NCBI GenBank assembly: GCA_000092065.1
Contig: CP000582.1
Length of the DNA: 64,000 nt
Strand: one strand, 5' to 3'
DNA from: Ostreococcus lucimarinus
Lineage: Eukaryota
The position numbers were made by a program, and so were the translations under genes. Numbering within the stretch: position 1 is the stretch's first letter; each line of letters begins with the position of its first letter. Under the pieces are notes generated by a model. That model worked only from the letters and a program-made list of their open reading frames with translations, had not been told where the DNA came from and did not search any database. Below, piece by piece: positions 59,252-64,000 of the stretch.

Positions 59252-61015
59252 CTATCGCGCGTCTTCCTTCAGATCTTTTGGTTTGTCGTAGCCCCCGTCG
59301 CGCCAATCGCCCTGACACGCGCGGCACGACATCGCGCACGACTTGAGCATGAAGCCGGGATTTTTGTCGCACTCGCCCGATTCAGCCCATCCTCGACACG
59401 CGTCGTCCGTGTCTTTGCACGATTCCGTCGCCTGCGGTCCGCCTTCGTAAAAAATCTTGTGCACGTCATCGCCATGTTTTCCGATCGCGTTGACGTGCAT
59501 CCATTTCGTCGCCGTCCACTTCACGCCTTTGATCACGGGGCACCCGGCGTGCGAGCTCCCGGGATCGAGCTCGCCGCCCGGCTTCATGCTCCAAAACAAC
59601 AACGCGTCGCCCTTGCGCGCTTTGACGCTCTTACCACCGTTGCCACACTCTGAGTATTGCGATCTGTCGCGATCTGTCGGGACGTCAGTGTTCGGAAACA
59701 CGGTCTCCCCACCCTCCTCGACGTCGGAGAGGTAGAGCAAAACCGTGGCGATGCGATTGTTCCGCTTGCCTCCCTTGTGAAAGAAGTAATCGAAGTGTGC
59801 CTTATATTCCTGGCCGTTTTCGTAGCGCAACACCTGAAGGGCCTCACCGTGATCGACTGGAATTTGCGACCACAGTTCGATGCGCTCTTCGATCGCGGTG
59901 ATCGTGGGGTCATGCGCGCGACTGATGAACGTCCCCGTCGACGTGCGAATGTCGCTCGTGGTGGATCCGCCCGTCTTGGCGTCCACAACGCCTGACTTGT
60001 GTAAGTGCCCTTTCGATAGCGCGAGTATGTGGTCACACTCCTCATCCGTCAAGAATCCTTCGTACACGAACGCGCGCGGCGCGTTCAACGAAATCGTTCG
60101 TATGCGCGTCGGATCGATGGCGTTCTTCGGAACGACCTCGTTCACGAACGGCGACTCTAATTCCGGATGCGGTGCCGAACGAATGGCGCGCAACTCATCT
60201 TCCAAAGAACCTATCACCACATCCTTCGCCGGTTCCCGCGACACTTCCACGTGACCGCTAAACATTCCGGTTTTGGAAGTCGCGTCGTCGTCGTCGTCGT
60301 CTCGCGTCTCCCCGTTCTCATTCTCCGTCGTCGTCGTCGTCTCCGGTGGAAACACCACGCCCATCTCCGCCTTCTCCATTCGATTCTCTTCGACCGCTTT
60401 CTCAGCGCTCTCCAGCACGCGCTCGACGTCCAGCCCCGCGCTCGCGTCGCCCAGATGTTCGTCTCGCAACGTCTCCAACTCCAGACTCGCCCGCGCCGCC
60501 TCCGCCCGCACGTCCTCCCGCGCGCGCTCCATCGCCGCCGCCACCCGCGGTTCATTCTTCGCCTCCCTCTCCACCTCTCCATCGATCGTCCCGCGAGATT
60601 CGCGCGTCACCGTCGTCCTCGGCGCCTCGCGTCTCGCGTCCGCCGCCGCCGCGAACCGCCGCGCCGCGCCGCGCGCGCGCCCCCTCTCCTCGCCCTCTCT
60701 TCGCCCTCCCAGCGCGAGCCACGCGCACAGGCACATCGCGCAGACGCGCGCGAGCCAGGCGCGGTAGACGCGTCGATCTCGGCCGCGCGCGCCGTCGTCG
60801 CGCGTTCGCGCGCGCGCGGTCGCGCGTCGGTGGTGCGTCGGTAATCGCTCGTCGCGGTCGCGTCGCCGCGCGTCTCGACCGCTCGCGCTCGAGCCGTCGC
60901 GCGCGGACGCCAGGGCGAGCGCGACGCGTCGGAGCGCGCCGGCGCCGAGCGCCATGGCGCGCGCGCCGCGTCGCGGACTCCGGCGTCGGCGCGATGCGCG
61001 CTCGAAAATGTCCAT
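59252..61015 (-). CDS. P4H: Prolyl 4-hydroxylase (2OG-Fe(II) oxygenase) with a C-terminal ShK-like Cys-rich domain
   Basis: FVYEGFLTDEECDHI, HFDYF, VLLYLSDVEEGGETVFP, KGDALLFWS, GCPVIKGVKWTATKW. C-terminal CKDTDDACRGWAESGECDKNPGFMLKSCAMSCRAC (ShK). Signal-like N-terminus. A TGTAA sits about 30 nt past the stop. Confidence 0.75.
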   Translation of the reverse strand: MDIFERASRRRRSPRRGARAMALGAGALRRVALALASARDGSSASGRDARRRDRDERLPTHHRRATARARTRDDGARGRDRRVYRAWLARVCAMCLCAWLALGGRREGEERGRARGAARRFAAAADARREAPRTTVTRESRGTIDGEVEREAKNEPRVAAAMERAREDVRAEAARASLELETLRDEHLGDASAGLDVERVLESAEKAVEENRMEKAEMGVVFPPETTTTTENENGETRDDDDDDATSKTGMFSGHVEVSREPAKDVVIGSLEDELRAIRSAPHPELESPFVNEVVPKNAIDPTRIRTISLNAPRAFVYEGFLTDEECDHILALSKGHLHKSGVVDAKTGGSTTSDIRTSTGTFISRAHDPTITAIEERIELWSQIPVDHGEALQVLRYENGQEYKAHFDYFFHKGGKRNNRIATVLLYLSDVEEGGETVFPNTDVPTDRDRSQYSECGNGGKSVKARKGDALLFWSMKPGGELDPGSSHAGCPVIKGVKWTATKWMHVNAIGKHGDDVHKIFYEGGPQATESCKDTDDACRGWAESGECDKNPGFMLKSCAMSCRACQGDWRDGGYDKPKDLKEDAR

Positions 61016-61204
61016 CGCACTGATTGCGCGTACACATCTACGTTAACATCGTTCGGACTGAATGCGTCATACACAATTCGGACATTCGGAGCCAGAAACG
61101 ACCGCGATCGCGCGCCGACCCTCATACATAAACAGATCGAACACCGAACGCGAGAGCGAATCTGATTCGCGCGCGCCCGCACTCCACGCCTCGATCGCAC
61201 GACG

Positions 61205-62318
61205 ATGTTCGCCGCCGCTCGCACGTTCACCACCGCCGTCGCCCCGCGCGCGGCGCCGACGCACCGCGGACGCGCCGTGAGCGCGCGCGCGGAGAAGCCG
61301 TCCTGGGCGCCCGGGTTCGACACGCCCAAGTACCTCGACGGAAGCATGCCGTGGTGCGTGAAAGATACGCTCGAAAATGTCGACGCGATGACGCCGCGCG
61401 ACGGCCGCGCGAGGACGCTCGCGAGCGCGCGACGCGCGAGAGGGGCGATGAAGTGATCGGTCGTCGATGGACGCGCGCGAGACGGGCGTCGGAAGCGCGC
61501 GCGGGACGGGGGGGGAGGGGAGACGCGCGCGAAGACGCGATCATATCGGGACGACGCGGCGAAGACGCGAAGACGCGAGGACGCGGGCGACGCGCGCGGA
61601 CGCGACGAGAGGGTGGATGCGGAGAAGAGCGAGCGCGAGGGGAGACTGACGGTGAAGCGGTTCGACGACGCGCGATAGCGACTACGGGTTCGACCCGCTC
61701 AAGCTCGGCGAAAAGCCGGAGAACCTCGCGCGCTACCGCGAGGCGGAGCTCATGCACGCGCGATGGGCCATGCTCGGCGTCGCCGGTGTGATCGCGGTTG
61801 AAGTGGCCGGTCAAGGTGACTGGGTCAGCGCGCAACCGACGACGTGGGATGGTACGGCGAAGTACCTCGGTAACGAGACGCACGCGCCGTTGTTCGCCGT
61901 CATCGGCGTCAACACGCTCCTCATGGCGTTCGCCGAATCCCGACGCGGTGCCGCCTCGGCGGAAGAGCGCTTGTACCCGGGCGGCAAGTTCGACCCCATG
62001 GGCATGTCCAAGGGCAAGGACTTTGAAACCTTGAAGCGCAAGGAACTCGCCAACGGTCGCGTCGCCATGATGGCCTTCTTCGGCGTCATGGCCCAACACC
62101 AAGCGGCCGGTCCGGGCGGTCCGGGCCCCGTCGCGGCGCTCTTGGCGCACATCGCGGACCCGTGGCACGTGAACGTCGGCACCAACGCGGCTGCCATCCC
62201 GTGGTTGTCCACCGCCGGCGCCCCGCTCGGCTTCTGGTGCGTCTTCGAGCCGTCTCGCCGCGACGCGCTCGACCGACTCGACGTCCGCGACGCCGCTTTC
62301 CCGCCGCTCAAACTTTGA
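61205..62318 (+). CDS. LHC: Light-harvesting chlorophyll a/b-binding (LHC) protein, two exons with a phase-2 intron of about 325 bp near 61354..61678
   Basis: Exon 1: transit peptide plus ...PKYLDGSMP. Exon 2: (C)DYGFDPLKLGEKPENLARYREAELMHARWAMLGVAG ... KELANGRVAMMAFFGVMAQ (helices 1 and 3). Exon 1 ends in donor gtgcgtg, and an in-frame TGA in exon 2 precedes the acceptor atag|. CTGAC lies about 30 nt upstream of the acceptor. Confidence 0.7.
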
Positions 62319-62661
62319 CTGACCCTCATTTTTCTTCCCACTCCTCGCAGAGCGACGATTTTGCGTTCTCCCTAGTCGCGTTTTAATCGGAACGTTCCAA
62401 CAAAATAAAATATCCGCGTCGCCGCGCTCGCCCGCCCGCGCGCGGCGACGTTCGCCGCACTCGACCGCGCGCCGAGCCTCGCCGCGCGTCGCCGCGCGAC
62501 GCGCGCCCGTCGATGTCCCTCGCGCGTCGCGCCGCGCCCTCGCGCGCGGTACCGTCGACGTCGACCGCGCACCGTTCGAAACCACCGCGCGCGTCGAGCC
62601 GATGCCGCGCGCGCGCCGACGCGGACCACGCGCCGCGAGGCACGATCGCCGACGCCGCGCG

Positions 62662-64000
62662 CATGGTCTTGCACACGAAGCGCGGCCGCGCGATCGCGAT
62701 CGCGGTGTCGAAGACGCCGCGGGAGACGTTCGCGGTGACGGCGACGCTCGAGCGGGACGGGACGCGGGCGACGACGCCGACGCGGGAAAGCTTGGCGGCG
62801 CTGAAGATGCACTTTGGACTGACGAGAGAGTCCGTGCGGGAGTGGATGTGCTTGGAAGATTTGCCGGAGGGCGCGGTGTACGATGAGAAGACGGAGGCGA
62901 CGAGGATTGGGTTCGACGCGGAGACGCGGTCGGCGACGGTGGAGGTGCCCGAGTACGCGGCGCCGGCGAGTCTAGATTTCGTGCTTTACGACGAACGCAC
63001 GCGCACGTACGACGAACCGAGCGGTGGGTGGGGTGGATCGGCGTTTTCGGTGCCGATCGGGATCGGGTGTGGACACGCACGCGAGCTCGGGGCGTCGGTG
63101 CTGACGCGAGACGAAGCCGCGGGATCGGGCGAGTTCAACGTCGCCGTGCTTTCGCGTCACGCCACCGCGTGCACGCTCGTGCTTCAGTACGGGGAGAACA
63201 CGCTAGAGCTGGCGTTGAATTCGATCTCACATCGCACCGGGAACGTGTGGCACGTGAGTGTGCCTTTCGGTGGACCGAGCGACGTTTTACACGCGCCGAC
63301 TCGGGAGGACGACGTGACGTACGGCTTTCGGTTTGAGGGCGACCCCGAAGGGCGCGCGGGGTCGCGTTTTTTTCCGGCGCAAGTCCTTTTTGATCCACGC
63401 GCGCTCGAAGTTGTGCGTCCTCTGAACGAGATGGACGAGCCAACGCCGACGCCGCGCTACATGGGATCGCTCGCCGCCGTTTTAGAGCGACGCGCCGTGG
63501 GCGACGCGAACCTCGCGCCCGCGGCCTCGGATGCGCAAGCGATCGCGTTGAACGTCGACTTGGCGTCATTAACCGCGGAAGGGACGCTTCAAGCGGCGGC
63601 AGCTGAGCTTCAGCGCTTGCGATCGACCATGCACTTCACCGCCGTCGCGCTCGCGCCGATTCAGACGCGCTCGGCGGATGGAGACGCAAACGCGCCGGTG
63701 AGCTTTTTCGCCATCGATCCGAAGTTTGGCACGCGCGCCGATCTTCGTGCTTTTGTGGCGACGATGAAGTCTATCGGCGTGGATGTGTGGATGCGATTCG
63801 TGCTGACGCAGACGGGTGAGGGCACGGATGCGTCGCCGCGTAGCGAAAGTCTTCGTGGCATCGACGCCGCGACGTACTTCCAGCTCGGTTCTAGCGGTGG
63901 CTTAGACTCTGCTGGTGTGCCCATGACGACGGCACTGAACCCTTGCTCGGCACCGACGATCTCTCTACTAGTCGACGCGCTTCGAACGTTCACATTATAC
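62662..64000 (+). CDS. ISA: Isoamylase-type starch debranching enzyme (GH13 with N-terminal CBM48). Partial; it runs off the window end. Possibly ISA2-like and non-catalytic.
   Basis: Manual translation gives an open frame from the ATG to 64000. It is absent from the track because no stop lies in the window. FNVAVLSRHATACTLVLQ..GNVWHVSVP..VTYGFRFEG...RFFPAQVLFDPRA is the CBM48/isoamylase N-domain. Conserved region I reads VDVWMRFVLTQTGEG instead of DVVYNHT.EG. Confidence 0.55.

Noticed and set aside
61227-63080. 617-aa minus-strand ORF spanning the LHC and isoamylase region
   Set aside because: It has Arg/Ala/Ser/Pro-rich junk composition and is antisense to two genes with strong homology support.
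1-64000. Possibility that the window is a giant-virus genome or viral insertion, given the RFC, TK, PP2A and RNase H genes
   Set aside because: Spliceosomal introns with branch points, nuclear housekeeping genes (RPB6, SCC2, VPS51, exosome, DPM2), plastid-targeted proteins and eukaryotic poly(A) signals indicate a cellular nuclear chromosome. Viral origin remains conceivable only for the low-GC islands.

Overview
The window reads as nuclear DNA from a GC-rich, gene-dense photosynthetic eukaryote. Coding and intergenic DNA is about 65-70% GC, with a few sharply bounded islands near 47% GC. There are roughly 45 genes in 64 kb, and many neighbours are divergent or convergent pairs separated by only 20-300 bp. 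Two short GT-AG introns can be mapped, each with a CTGAC branch point. UGUAA-type poly(A) signals sit 15-50 nt past several stop codons, which fits a green alga.

Three genes point to a chlorophyll-b alga that stores starch: 7-hydroxymethyl-chlorophyll a reductase, an LHC antenna protein and an isoamylase. Together with the urease/DUR3 cluster they suggest a prasinophyte, for example a Micromonas-like member of the Mamiellophyceae. That organism call is inference.

Highlights:
- A eukaryotic urease 'operon': UreF, DUR3 urea transporter, single-chain urease, UreG and UreD, all adjacent.
- A 13-bp-periodic palindromic array in the DUR3 promoter.
- A membrane-anchored glutathione peroxidase with an in-frame TGA at the catalytic position, probably a selenoprotein.
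- A low-GC mosaic locus at the left end. A 1.43-kb, 100%-identical segmental duplication fuses a truncated PP2A catalytic core in-frame to a P-loop-less RFC1 fragment, next to a quinolinate phosphoribosyltransferase fragment.
- A second low-GC island encoding an unusual fusion of a CMP-sugar cytidylyltransferase with an RraA-like class II aldolase domain.
- An RNase H plus REX4 exonuclease fusion, divergent from an exosome RNase PH subunit and close to a DXO/Rai1 homologue.

Many long Arg/Ala-rich ORFs in the track are antisense or out-of-frame artefacts of the high GC. The track also uses alternative start codons, so true ATG starts were re-estimated where possible. Coordinates for non-ORF features are read by hand and may be off by 1-2 nt.
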